Shown: in pieces, positions 1 through 12,317 of the stretch
Position numbering within the stretch: position 1 is the stretch's first letter
Layout: each line of letters starts with the position of its first letter
Notes under the pieces: model-generated
Database searches by the model: none
What the model saw: the letters and a program-made list of their open reading frames with translations, nothing else
Told to the model about the DNA's origin: nothing
DNA from: the human T2T-CHM13v2.0 reference genome, Homo sapiens
NCBI RefSeq assembly: GCF_009914755.1
Contig: NC_060939.1
Strand: one strand, 5' to 3'
DNA: 64,000 nt
Position numbers and translations under genes: made by a program

Positions 1-320
1 AGAAACGCTTTCTGAAAACTAATAACTTTGCTCACTTAAGATTTCCAGGGACGGCGCCTTGGCCCGTGTTTGTTGGCTTGTTTTGTTTCGTTCTGTTTTG
101 TTTTGTTCGTGTTTTTCCTTTCTCGTATGTCTTTCTTTTCAGGTGAAGTAGAAATCCCCAGTTTTCAGGAAGACGTCTATTTTCCCCAAGACACGTTAGC
201 TGCCGTTTTTTCCTGTTGTGAACTAGCGCTTTTGTGACTCTCTCAACGTGCAGTGAGAGCCGGTTGATGTTTACTATCCTTCATCATGACATCTTATTTT
301 CTAGAAATCCGTAGGCGAAT

Positions 321-407
321 GCTGCTGCTGCTCTTGTTGCTGTTGTTGTTGTTGTTGTTGTCGTCGTTGCTGTTGTCGTTGTCGTTGTTGTTGTCGTTGT
401 CGTTGTT
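321..407 (+). repeat. (GCT)/(GTT)/(GTC) trinucleotide microsatellite (copy at 42848-42934)
   Basis: Direct reading. Confidence 0.9.
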
Positions 408-494
408 TTCAAAGTATACCCCGGCCACCGTTTATGGGATCAAAAGCATTATAAAATATGTGTGATTATTTCTTGAGCACGCCCTTCCTCCCCC

Positions 495-1080
495 TCTCTC
501 TGTCTCTCTGTCTGTCTCTGTCTCTCTCTTTCTCTGTCTGTCTTCTCTCTCTCTCTCTCTCTGTGTCTCTCTCTCTCTGCCTGTCTGTTTCTCTCTCTCT
601 GCCTCTCTCTCTCTCTCTCTCTCTGCCTGTCTCTCTCACTGTGTCTGTCTTCTGTCTTACTCCCTTTCTCTGTCTGTCTGTCGGTCTCTCTCTCTCTCTC
701 TCCCTGTCTGTATGTTTCTCTCTGTCTCTGTCTCTCTCTCTCTTTCTGTTTCTCTCTCTCCGTCTCTGTCTTTCTCTGACTGTCTCTCTCTTTCCTTCTC
801 TCTGTCTCTCTCTGCCTGTCTCTCTCACTCTGTCTTCTGTCTTACTCTCTCTCTCTGCCTGCCTGTCTCTCTCACTCTCTCTCTCTGTGTGTCTCTCTCT
901 CTCTTTCTGTTTCTCTCTGTCTCTCTGTCCGTCTCTGTCTTTCTCTGTCTGTCTCTTTGTCTGTCTGTCTTTGTCTTTCCTTCTCTCTGTCTCTGTCTCT
1001 CTCACTGTGTCTGTCTTCTGTCTTAGTCTCTCTCTCTCTCTCTCCCTGTCTGTCTGTCTCTCTCTCTCTCTCCCCCTGTC

Positions 1081-1125
<45 letters not shown>

Positions 1126-1398
1126 TTGTCTTTCTTTCTGTCTCTGTCTCTCTCTCTCTCTCTGTGTGTCTGTCTTCTGTCTTACTGTCTTTCTCTGCCT
1201 GTCTGTCTGTCTGTCTCTCTCTGTCTGTCTCTCTCTCTCTCTCCCCCCTGTCGGCTGTTTCTCTGTCTCTGTCTGTGTCTCTCTTTCTGTCTGTTTCTCT
1301 CTGTCTGTCTTTCTCTCTCTGTCTCTTTCTCTCTGTCTCTCTGTCTGTCTCTGTCTCTCTCTCTGTCTCTCTCTCTCTGTGGGGGGGTGTGTGTGTGT

Positions 1399-1435
<37 letters not shown>

Positions 1436-1686
1436 TGCCTTCTGTCTTACTCTCTTTCTCTGCCTGTCTGTCTGCCTGTCTGTTTGTCTCTCTCTCTCTG
1501 CCTGTCTCTCTCCCTTCCTGTCTGTTTCTCTCTCTTTCTGTTTCTCTCTGTCTCTGTCCATCTCTGTCTTTCTCCGTCTGTCTCTTTATCTGTCTCTCTC
1601 CGTCTGTCTCTTTATCTGTCTCTCTCTCTCTTTCTGTCTTTCTCTCTCTGTGTATCGTTGTCTCTCTCTGTCTGTCTCTGTCTCTG

Positions 1687-1719
<33 letters not shown>

Positions 1720-1760
1720 GTCTGTCTGTCCGTCTGTCTGTCTCGGTCTCTGGCTCTCGC
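495..1760 (+). repeat. CT/CTGT-rich IGS tract with an embedded (TG)n at ~1388-1434
   Basis: Direct reading; shares the TTCTGTCTTAC anchor with the Long-repeat tracts. Confidence 0.95.
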
Positions 1761-2801
1761 TATCTCCCGCCCTCTCTTTTTTTGCAAAAGAAGCTCAAGT
1801 ACATCTAATCTAATCCCTTACCAAGGCCTGAATTCTTCACTTCTGACATCCCAGATTTGATCTCCCTACAGAATGCTGTACAGAACTGGCGAGTTGATTT
1901 CTGGACTTGGATACCTCATAGAAACTACATATGAATAAAGATCCAATCCTAAAATCTGGGGTGGCTTCTCCCTCGACTGTCTCGAAAAATCGTACCTCTG
2001 TTCCCCTAGGATGCCGGAAGAGTTTTCTCAATGTGCATCTGCCCGTGTCCTAAGTGATCTGTGACCGAGCCCTGTCCGTCCTGTCTCAAATATGTACGTG
2101 CAAACACTTCTCTCCATTTCCACAACTACCCACGGCCCCTTGTGGAACCACTGGCTCTTTGAAAAAAATCCCAGAAGTGGTTTTGGCTTTTTGGCTAGGA
2201 GGCCTAAGCCTGCTGAGAACTTTCCTGCCCAGGATCCTGTGTGACCAAAAGTGCCTCTGCTGGGAGCTGGGATCCTCGGGACCATGCTTGCTAGCGCTGG
2301 ATGAGTCTCTGGAAGGACGCACGGGACTCCGCAAAGCTGACCTGTCCCACCGAGGTCAAATGGATACCTCTGCATTGGCCCGAGGCCTCCGAAGTACATC
2401 ACCGTCACCAACCGTCACCGTCAGCATCCTTGTGAGCCTGCCCAAGGCCCCGCCTCCGGGGAGACTCTTGGGAGCCCGGCCTTCGTCGGCTAAAGTCCAA
2501 AGGGATGGTGACTTCCACCCACAAGGTCCCCACTGAACGGCGAAGATGTGGAGCGTAGGTCAGAGAGGGGACCAGGAGGGGAGACGTCCCGACAGGCGAC
2601 GAGTTCCCAAGGCTCTGGCCACCCCACCCACGCCCCACGCCCCACGTCCCGGGCACCCGCGGGACACCGCCGCTTTATCCCCTCCTCTGTCCACAGCCGG
2701 CCCCACCCCACCACGCAACCCACGCACACACGCTGGAGGTTCCAAAACCACACGGTGTGACTAGAGCCTGACGGAGCGAGAGCCCATTTCACGAGGTGGG
2801 A

Positions 2802-2835
2802 GGGGTGGGGGTGGGGTGGGTTGGGGGTTGTGGGG
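2802..2835 (+). other. G-quadruplex-forming G-run cluster
   Basis: GGGGTGGGGGTGGGGTGGGTTGGGGGTTGTGGGG. Confidence 0.6.
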
Positions 2836-3062
2836 TCTGTGGCGAGCCCGATTCTCCCTCTTGGGTGGCTACAGGCTAGAAATGAATATCGCTTCTTGGG
2901 CGGAGGGGCTTCCTTAGGCCATCACCGCTTGCGGGACTACCTCTCAAACCCTCCCTTGAGGCCACAAAATAGATTCCACCCCACCCATCGACGTTTCCCC
3001 CGGGTGCTGGATGTATCCTGTCAAGAGACCTGAGCCTGACACCGTCGAATTAAACACCTTGA

Positions 3063-3296
<234 letters not shown>

Positions 3297-3338
3297 TAGA
3301 TTCGAGCCACACCTCATTCCGTGCCACAGAGAGACTTC

Positions 3339-6300
3339 TTTTTTTTTTTTTTTTTAAGCGCAACGCAACATGTCTGCCTTATTTGAGTGGCTTCCTATAT
3401 CATTATAATTGTGTTATAGATGAAGAAACGGTATTAAACACTGTGCTAATGATAGTGAAAGTGAAGACAAAAGAAAGGCTATCTATTTTGTGGTTAGAAT
3501 AAAGTTGCTCAGTATTTAGAGCTACCTAAATACGTCAGCATTTACACTCTTCCTAGTAAAAGCTGGCCAATCTGAATAATCCTCCTTTAAACAAACACAA
3601 TTTTTGATAGGGTTAAGATTTTTTTAAGAATGCGACTCCTGCAAAATAGCTGAACAGACGATACACATTTAAAAAAATAACAACACAAGGATCAACCAGA
3701 CTTGGGAAAAAATCGAAAACCACACAAGTCTTATGAAGAACTGAGTTCTTAAAATAGGACGGAGAACGTAGCTATCGGAAGAGAAGGCAGTATTGGCAAG
3801 TTGATTGTTACGTTGGTCAGCAGTAGCTGGCACTATCTTTTTGGCCATCTTTCGGGCAATGTAACTACTACAGCAAAATGAGATATGATCCATGAAACAA
3901 CATATTCGCAAATCAAAAAGTGTTTCAGTAATATAATGCTTCAGATTTAGAAGCAAATCAAATGATAGAACTCCACTGCTGTAATAAGTCACCCCAAAGA
4001 TCACCGTATCTGACAAAATAACTACCACAGGGTTATGACTTCAGAATCATACTTTCTCTTGATATTTACTTATGTATGTATTTATTTTTTTTAATTTATT
4101 TCTCTTGAGACGGCGTCTCGCTCTGTCGCCCAGGCTGGAGTGCGATGGTGTGATCTCGGCTCACTGCAACCGCCACCTCCCTGGGTTCAAGCGATTCTCC
4201 TGCCTCAGCCTCCCGAGTAGCTGGGACTACAGGTGCCCGCCACCACGCCCAGCTAATCTTTATACTTTTAATAGAGACGGGGTTTCACCGTGTCGGCCCG
4301 GATGGTCTCGATCTCTTGACCTCGTGACCCGCCCGCCTCGGCCTCCCAAAGTGCTGGGATGACAGGCGTGAGCCACTGAGCCCGGCCTTCTCTTGACGTT
4401 TAAACTATGAAGTCAGTCCAGAGAAACGCAATAAATGTCAACGGTGAGGATGGTGTTGAGGCAGAAGTAGGACCACACTTTTTCCTATCTTATTCAGTTG
4501 ATAACAATATGACCTAGGTAGTAATTTCCTATGTGCCTACTTATACACGAGTACAAAAGAGTAAAACAGAGAGACTGCTAAATTAAAGGGTACGTGAAGT
4601 TCTTCATAGTAACTCCGTAAACTGGAACACTGTCAAAAAGCAGCAGCTAGTGAATTGTTTCCATGTATTTTTCTATGATCCAATAAGTGAACTATGCTAT
4701 TCCTTTCCAGTCTCCCAAGCACTTCTTGTCCCCATCACCACTTCGGTGCTCGAAGAAAAAGTAACAAATCAAGGAACACAACTAAAGAAACACACACACA
4801 AACCAAAGACAACTACAGCGTCTGCAAAAGTTTGCTAGAAGACTGAAACTGTTGAGTATAAGGATCTGGTATTCTACGATGATCATGAGTTCACTTCAGA
4901 GTTTGTTCAAGACATACGTTTCGTAAGGAAACATCTTAGTTAGAAGTTATTCAGCAGTAGGTACCATCCCTAAGTATTTTTCACCAAATTCGTGACAATA
5001 AAGAGCTATCTAACCAGAAAAATTAGCGAGTACCGGCACCATCCATAGGGCTTTGTCTTTACGCTTCATTAGCACTTACCATGCCTTACAATGTCTAGGA
5101 TTGACCCTGATAGCATTTCGAAAACAAGCTAATGCTTTGTCCAGTTCTTCAGTGAAGACAAGCTCACGCCCTAATGCGCTATAGGCATAAGCATCATTTG
5201 GATCCACTTCGAGAGTTCTCTGGAAGAATTGAATCGCAATATCGTGTTCCCGTTGCAGACCGAAACAGTTCCCTGCAGCACACCAGGCCTCTGGCTGGCG
5301 AATTTTTATCCATGTCTGTGAAGTCTTTGGACAGAACTGAAAGAGCAACCTCTTTCGGAGGATGCCAAAGTGTTGTAGAGTAGATCTCCATGCCTTCGAC
5401 TCTGTAATTCTCAATCCTCCTAACCTCTGAGAATTGTCTTTCAGCTTGCGTGGACTCTGAAAGTTTACAATAGGCCCTTCCGATTTGGCACAGTACCCAA
5501 CCGGTATTGCAGTGGTGAGAAGCTAGATGGCTCAAGATGCTGATAGCTTCTTTGCCGTGGTAAGAACACAAAGCTAAATAACCTTTCCCCCTTTCACGAA
5601 GAAGGCTCATCAAGCCTTCCGCTGCTGCTTTTTGTAGATTAAAAGCCTGAATCTGAGGCGCGATTGCGGCTATTTTCCCTTCTGAAATGACGGAAGAGTC
5701 CAATTTTGTCACTTCCAGGCTATCACTTATGTTCGGTGGAGTTATTGCTCCTTTATTAGTTTTACTTTTGGTTCTTCTGTTTGGGATTTTAGGTGGAAAC
5801 TTCATTTTTAATTTTCTCCTATTCTCCTCGGTTGTGGAGCTGTCACTAGTCAAGAGTCGTGAATTTCTTCGAGGCGGTGCATTTGGGGGAGATGCCATAG
5901 TGGGGCTCAATACCTGAGGTGTTGCCCTTGTCGGCGGACCAGAACTTTGTGTTTTTGCAAGGACTGGAGTTACCTTTCGGCTCTTTCCCCTCTGCGAGAA
6001 GACAGACGGTGTTCCGGTTTGGCCGATTCTGGCAACAGGCTTTTCTGAAGGGGCTCCGGTGGATGGCACGTCAATGACAGACGGTGTCTCATACCAGTGC
6101 AGTTTTGTCAATAGGGTCCGTCTCCGGGACTTGGGGTTTCTAATGGCAAAATGCCAACACTTGGGGTTAATGGACTAACAGCTGCTGGTCCTCCTAATAA
6201 ACTTCGACCAGTTTTTGGTTTATGTTGAACCTGTTTAGATCATATGGAAGTTCCTGTTCCCAGTGGGACAGTATCAGGTGAAAGGACAGCTGAATCGATA

Positions 6301-7140
6301 GAAGACACTGGGGAGTCTGTATTCAAGGAGTACTTTGAATTGGAAGATTCTAAATTCCATCCGTTTCATTCGACGGTGTCCTGGGGTGTTTCCGTAAGAA
6401 CGGTCTCGGGCTGTCTGTGACATAAACTAGGACGAGGTCCAAGTGTTGTGGCGCAACACTTGGACAGGCAGTTGCTAAAGCTCTCTAGAGAGGTGAATCA
6501 AAATGTTTGGTCAGGATCTGGCTTTTCCCCCCTATTTCACATCATGATTCAAAGGGACACCAGAGGAAAGGATTTCAACGAAGGCTCTTTTGGTCACATT
6601 CTGATCCTTTGGTAAGCCGATCTGTCTTGCAATATACATGTCCCGACGATGGAAGGGGAAAGCGAGCTGAATCACCAAACTCAGGAACGATAATATCATC
6701 GTGGCTTTTCTGCTTATGAAACACTCCACCCGATAAGATTTGATCCCCTTCTGCAAGCTTGCTGAGATCAACACAACATTTCGCAAGCAGGCATTTGCAT
6801 TGCGGGGTAGTACAACTGTGTCCTTTCAAGAGTCTATATGTTTTATAGGCCTTTCCTGAGCGGTAAGAACAGGTCGCCAGTAAGAACAAGGCTTCTTCTG
6901 AGTGTACTTCTGCATAAAGGCGTTCTGCGGGGGAAACCGCATCTCGGTAGGCATAGTGGTTTAGTGCTTGCCATATAGCAGCCTGGACGGGTCCCTGCAG
7001 CACCGCCATCCTCGAGGCTCAGGCCCACTTTCTGCAGTGCCACAGGCACCCCCCCCCCCCCCCATAGCGGCTCCGGCCCGGCCAGCCTCGGCTCATTTAA
7101 AGGCACCAGCCGCCGTTACCGGGGGATGGGGGAGTCCGAG
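3339..7140 (-). pseudogene. CDC27 (APC3) retropseudogene: 5'UTR ~7140-7010, frameshifted CDS homology 7009-5079, non-coding 3' part ending in poly(A) at 3355-3339
   Basis: ORFs MAVLQGPVQAAIWQALNHYAYRDAV..., ...KLKMKFPPKIPNR...AFNLQKAAAEGLMSLLRE..., EAWCAAGNCFGLQREHDIAI...NPRHCKAW match CDC27 TPR regions in three different frames; no introns in the coding part; flanking ~16-bp direct repeats. A cdc27 pseudogene in the hominoid rDNA IGS is established. Confidence 0.95.
4069..4387 (-). mobile_element. Full-length Alu (AluSc-like) inside the pseudogene 3' region
   Basis: GATGGTCTCGATCTCTTGACCTCGTGA diagnostic; TSD TTCTCTTGA(TA/CG)TTTA at 4054-4068 and 4388-4402. Confidence 0.9.
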
Positions 7141-7665
7141 ACAGAATGACTTCTTTATCCTGCTGACTCTGGAAAGCCCGGCGCCTTGTGATCCATTGCA
7201 AACCGAGAGTCACCTCGTGTTTAGAACACGGATCCACTCCCAAGTTCAGTGGGGGGATGTGAGGGGTGTGGCAGGTAGGACGAAGGACTCTCTTCCTTCT
7301 GATTCGGTCTGCACAGTGGGGCCTAGGGCTGGAGCTCTCTCCGTGCGGACCGCTGACTCCCTCTACCTTGGGTTCCCTCGGCCCCACCCTGGAACGCCGG
7401 GCCTTGGCAGATTCTGGCCCTTCCTGGCCCTTCAGTCGCTGTCAGAAACCCCATCTCATGCTCGGATGCCCCGAGTGACTGTGGCTCGCACCTCTCCGGA
7501 AACATTGGAAATCTCTCCTCTACGCGCGGCCACCTGAAACCACAGGAGCTCGGGACACACGTGCTTTCGGGAGAGAATGCTGAGAGTCTCTTGCCGACTC
7601 TCTCTTGACTTGAGTTCTTCGTGGGTGCGTGGTTAAGACGTAGTGAGACCAGATGTATTAACTCA

Positions 7666-7832
7666 GGCCGGGTGCTGGTGGCTCACGCCTGTAACCCCAA
7701 CACTTTGGGAGGCCGAGGCCGTAGGATCCCTCGAGGAATCGCCTAACCCTGGGGAGGTTGAGGTTGCAGTGAGTGAGCCATAGTTGTGTCACTGTGCTCC
7801 AGTCTGGGCGAAAGACAGAATGAGGCCCTGCC
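7666..7832 (+). mobile_element. Old, internally deleted Alu/monomer
   Basis: GGCCGGGTGCTGGTGGCTCACGCCTGTAACCCCAACACTTTGGGAGG...GAGGTTGCAGTGAG. Confidence 0.8.
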
Positions 7833-7929
7833 ACAGGCAGGCAGGCAGGCAGGCAGGCAGAAAGACAACAGCTGTATTATGTTCTTCTCAGGGTAGGAAG
7901 CAAAAATAACAGAATACAGCACTTAATTA

Positions 7930-8231
<302 letters not shown>

Positions 8232-8275
8232 TACGTTTATTTATTTATTTTTTTAATTATTTTACTTTTTTTTAG

Positions 8276-8628
<353 letters not shown>

Positions 8629-8684
8629 TATTTATCTATTTATTAACTTTGAGTCCAGGTTATGAAACCAGTTAGTTTTTGTAA

Positions 8685-8812
8685 TTTTTTTTTTTTTTTT
8701 TTTTTTTTGAGACGAGGTTTCACCGTGTTGCCAAGGCTTGGACCGAGGGATCCACCGGCCCTCGGCCTCCCAAAAGTGCGGGGATGACAGGCGCGAGCCT
8801 ACCGCGCCCGGA
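8685..8812 (-). mobile_element. Alu left monomer (FLAM-like) with poly(T)
   Basis: GAGACGAGGTTTCACCGTGTTGCC...CCTCGGCCTCCCAAAAGTGCG. Confidence 0.8.
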
Positions 8813-9356
8813 CCCCCCCTTTCCCCTTCCCCCGCTTGTCTTCCCGACAGACAGTTTCACGGCAGAGCGTTTGGCTGGCGTGCTTAAACTCATTCTAAAT
8901 AGAAATTTGGGACGTCAGCTTCTGGCCTCACGGACTCTGAGCCGAGGAGTCCCCTGGTCTGTCTATCACAGGACCGTACACGTAAGGAGGAGAAAAATCG
9001 TAACGTTCAAAGTCAGTCATTTTGTGATACAGAAATACACGGATTCACCCAAAACACAGAAAGCAGTCTTTTAGAAATGGCCTTAGCCCTGGTGTCCGTG
9101 CCAGTGATTCTTTTCGGTTTGGACCTTGACTGAGAGGATTCCCAGTCGGTCTCTCGTCTCTGGACGGAAGTTCCAGATGATCCGATGGGTGGGGGACTTA
9201 GGCTGCGTCCCCCCAGGAGCCCTGGTCGATTAGTTGTGGGGATCGCCTTGGAGGGCGCGGTGACCCACTGTGCTGTGGGAGCCTCCATCCTTCCCCCCAC
9301 CCCCTCCCCAGGGGATCCCAATTCATTCCGGGCTGACACGCTCACTGGCAGGCGTC

Positions 9357-9378
9357 GGGCATCACCTAGCGGTCACTG
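9357..9378 (-). promoter_or_regulatory. CTCF-like site ~4.9 kb upstream of the TSS (about 38 kb in 43-kb reference numbering); copy at 51884
   Basis: Reverse strand GTGACCGCTAGGTGATGCCC resembles the CTCF core; CTCF binding near 37.9 kb of human rDNA has been reported. Confidence 0.55.
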
Positions 9379-9613
9379 TTACTCTGAAAACGGAGGCCTC
9401 ACAGAGGAAGGGAGCACCAGGCCGCCTGCGCACAGCCTGGGGCAACTGTGTCTTCTCCACCGCCCCCGCCCCCACCTCCAAGTTCCTCCCTCCCTTGTTG
9501 CCTAGGAAATCGCCACTTTGACGACCGGGTCTGATTGACCTTTGATCAGGCAAAAACGAACAAACAGATAAATAAATAAAATAACACAAAAGTAACTAAC
9601 TAAATAAAATAAG

Positions 9614-9764
9614 TCAATACAACCCATTACAATACAATAAGATACGATACGATAGGATGCGATAGGATACGATAGGATACAATACAATACGATACGATAC
9701 GATACAATACAATACAATACAATACAATACAATACAATACAATACAATACAATACAATACAATA
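9614..9764 (+). repeat. Pentanucleotide repeat (GATAG/GATAC/AATAC)n
   Basis: Direct reading. Confidence 0.9.
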
Positions 9765-10100
<336 letters not shown>

Positions 10101-10136
10101 AAATTAAAATAAATAAATAAAATAAAATAAATAAAT

Positions 10137-10602
<466 letters not shown>

Positions 10603-10874
10603 TTAACTTCATTTTATGTTATTATCATGATTGATGTTTCGAGACGGAGTCTCGGAGGCCCGCCCTCCCTGGTTGCCCAGACAACCCCGGGAGACAGACC
10701 CTGGCTGGGCCCGATTGTTCTTCTCCTTGGTCAGGGGTTTCCTTGTCTTTCTTCGTGTCTTTAACCCGCGTGGACTCTTCCGCTCGGGTTTGACAGATGG
10801 CAGCTCCACTTTAGGCCTTGTTGTTGTTGGGGACTTTCCTGATTCTCCCCAGATGTAGTGAAAGCAGGTAGATT

Positions 10875-10904
10875 TGCCTTGCCTGGACTTGCCTGGCCTT
10901 GCCT
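10875..10904 (+). promoter_or_regulatory. p53 response element 'RGC' (ribosomal gene cluster); copy at 53402-53431
   Basis: TGCCTTGCCT-GGACTTGCCT-GGCCTTGCCT: three tandem decamer half-site-like units matching the classic RGC p53 probe. Confidence 0.85.
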
Positions 10905-10976
10905 TTTCTTTCTTTCTTTCTTTATTACTTTCTCTTTTTCTTCTTCTTCTTCTTCTTCTTCTTCTTCTTCTTCTTC

Positions 10977-11268
10977 TTTTTTTTTTTGAGACAGAGTTTC
11001 ACTCTTGTTGCCCAGGCTAGAGGGCAATGGTGCGATCTCGGCTCACCGCACCCTCCGCCTCCCAGGTTCAAGCGATTCTCCTGCCTCAGCCTCCTGATTA
11101 GCTGGGATTACAGGCATGGGCCACCGTGCCTGGCTGATGTTTGTACTTTTAGTAGAGACGGTGTTTTTCCATGTTGGTCAGGCTGGTCTCCCACTCCCAA
11201 CCTCAGGTGGTCCGCCTGCCTTAGCCTCCCAAAGTGCTGGGATGACAGGCGTGAGCCACCGCGCCCAG

Positions 11269-11270
<2 letters not shown>
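10977..11270 (-). mobile_element. Alu (AluSp-like) preceded by (TTC)n
   Basis: GAGACAGAGTTTCACTCTTGTTGCCCAGGC...GTGAGCCACCGCGCCCAGCC. Confidence 0.9.
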
Positions 11271-11321
<51 letters not shown>

Positions 11322-11968
11322 CGCTTGCTTGCTTGCTTTCGTGCTTTCTTGCTTTCCCGTTTTCTTGCTTTCTTTCTTTCTTTCGTTTCTTTCATGCTTG
11401 CTTTCTTGCTTGCTTGCTTGCTTTCGTGCTTTCTTGCTTTCCTGTTTTCTTTTTCTTTCTTTCTTTCTTTCTTTCTTTTGTTTCTTTCTTGCTTGCTTTC
11501 TTGCTTGCTTGCTTGCTTTCGTGCTTTCTTGCTTTCCTGTTTTCTTTCTTTCTTTCTTTCTTTTGTTTCTTTCTTGCTTGCTTTCTTGCTTGCTTGCTTT
11601 CGTGCTTTCTTGTTTTCTCGATTTCTTTCTTTCTTTTGTTTCTTTCCTGCTTGCTTTCTTGCTTGATTGCTTTCGTGCTTTCTTGCTTTCTTGTTTTCTT
11701 TCTTTCTTTTGTTTCTTTCTTTCTTGCTTCCTTGTTTTCTTGCTTTCTTGCTTGCTTGCTTTCGTGCTTTCTTGTTTTCTTGCTTTCTTTCTTTTGTTTC
11801 TTTCTTGCTTGCTTTCTTGCTTCCTTGTTTTCTTGCTTTCTTGCTTGCTTGCTTTCGTGCTTTCTTTCTTGCTTTCTTTTCTTTCTTTCTTTTCTTTTTC
11901 TTTCTTTCTTGCTTTCTTTTCTTTCATTCATTCATTCTTTCTTTCTTTCCTTTCTTTCTTTCTTTCTT

Positions 11969-12015
<47 letters not shown>

Positions 12016-12016
12016 G
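11271..12016 (+). repeat. (CT)n followed by a ~75-95 bp TTTC/TTGC minisatellite ('90-bp repeat' block), 7 units
   Basis: Anchor GCTTTCGTGC at 11335, 11420, 11515, 11596, 11669, 11758, 11851. Confidence 0.85.
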
Positions 12017-12024
12017 TTTCGTCC

Positions 12025-12317
<293 letters not shown>

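Noticed and set aside
458-1860. Long Ser/Leu/Cys/Val and Arg/Glu ORFs (also 11108-12293, 34913-41308 up to 951 aa, and second copies)
   Set aside because: Translations of CT/TTTC simple repeats that lack stop codons; open in several frames on both strands
2009-2022. GGAT(G/T)CCGGAAGAG shared with ~13060
   Set aside because: Too short, flanks do not align convincingly; only a generic ETS-like core
5194-6111. 305-aa CDC27-like ORF as a functional gene
   Set aside because: Internal fragment bounded by frameshifts, with no native start and many radical substitutions; pseudogene
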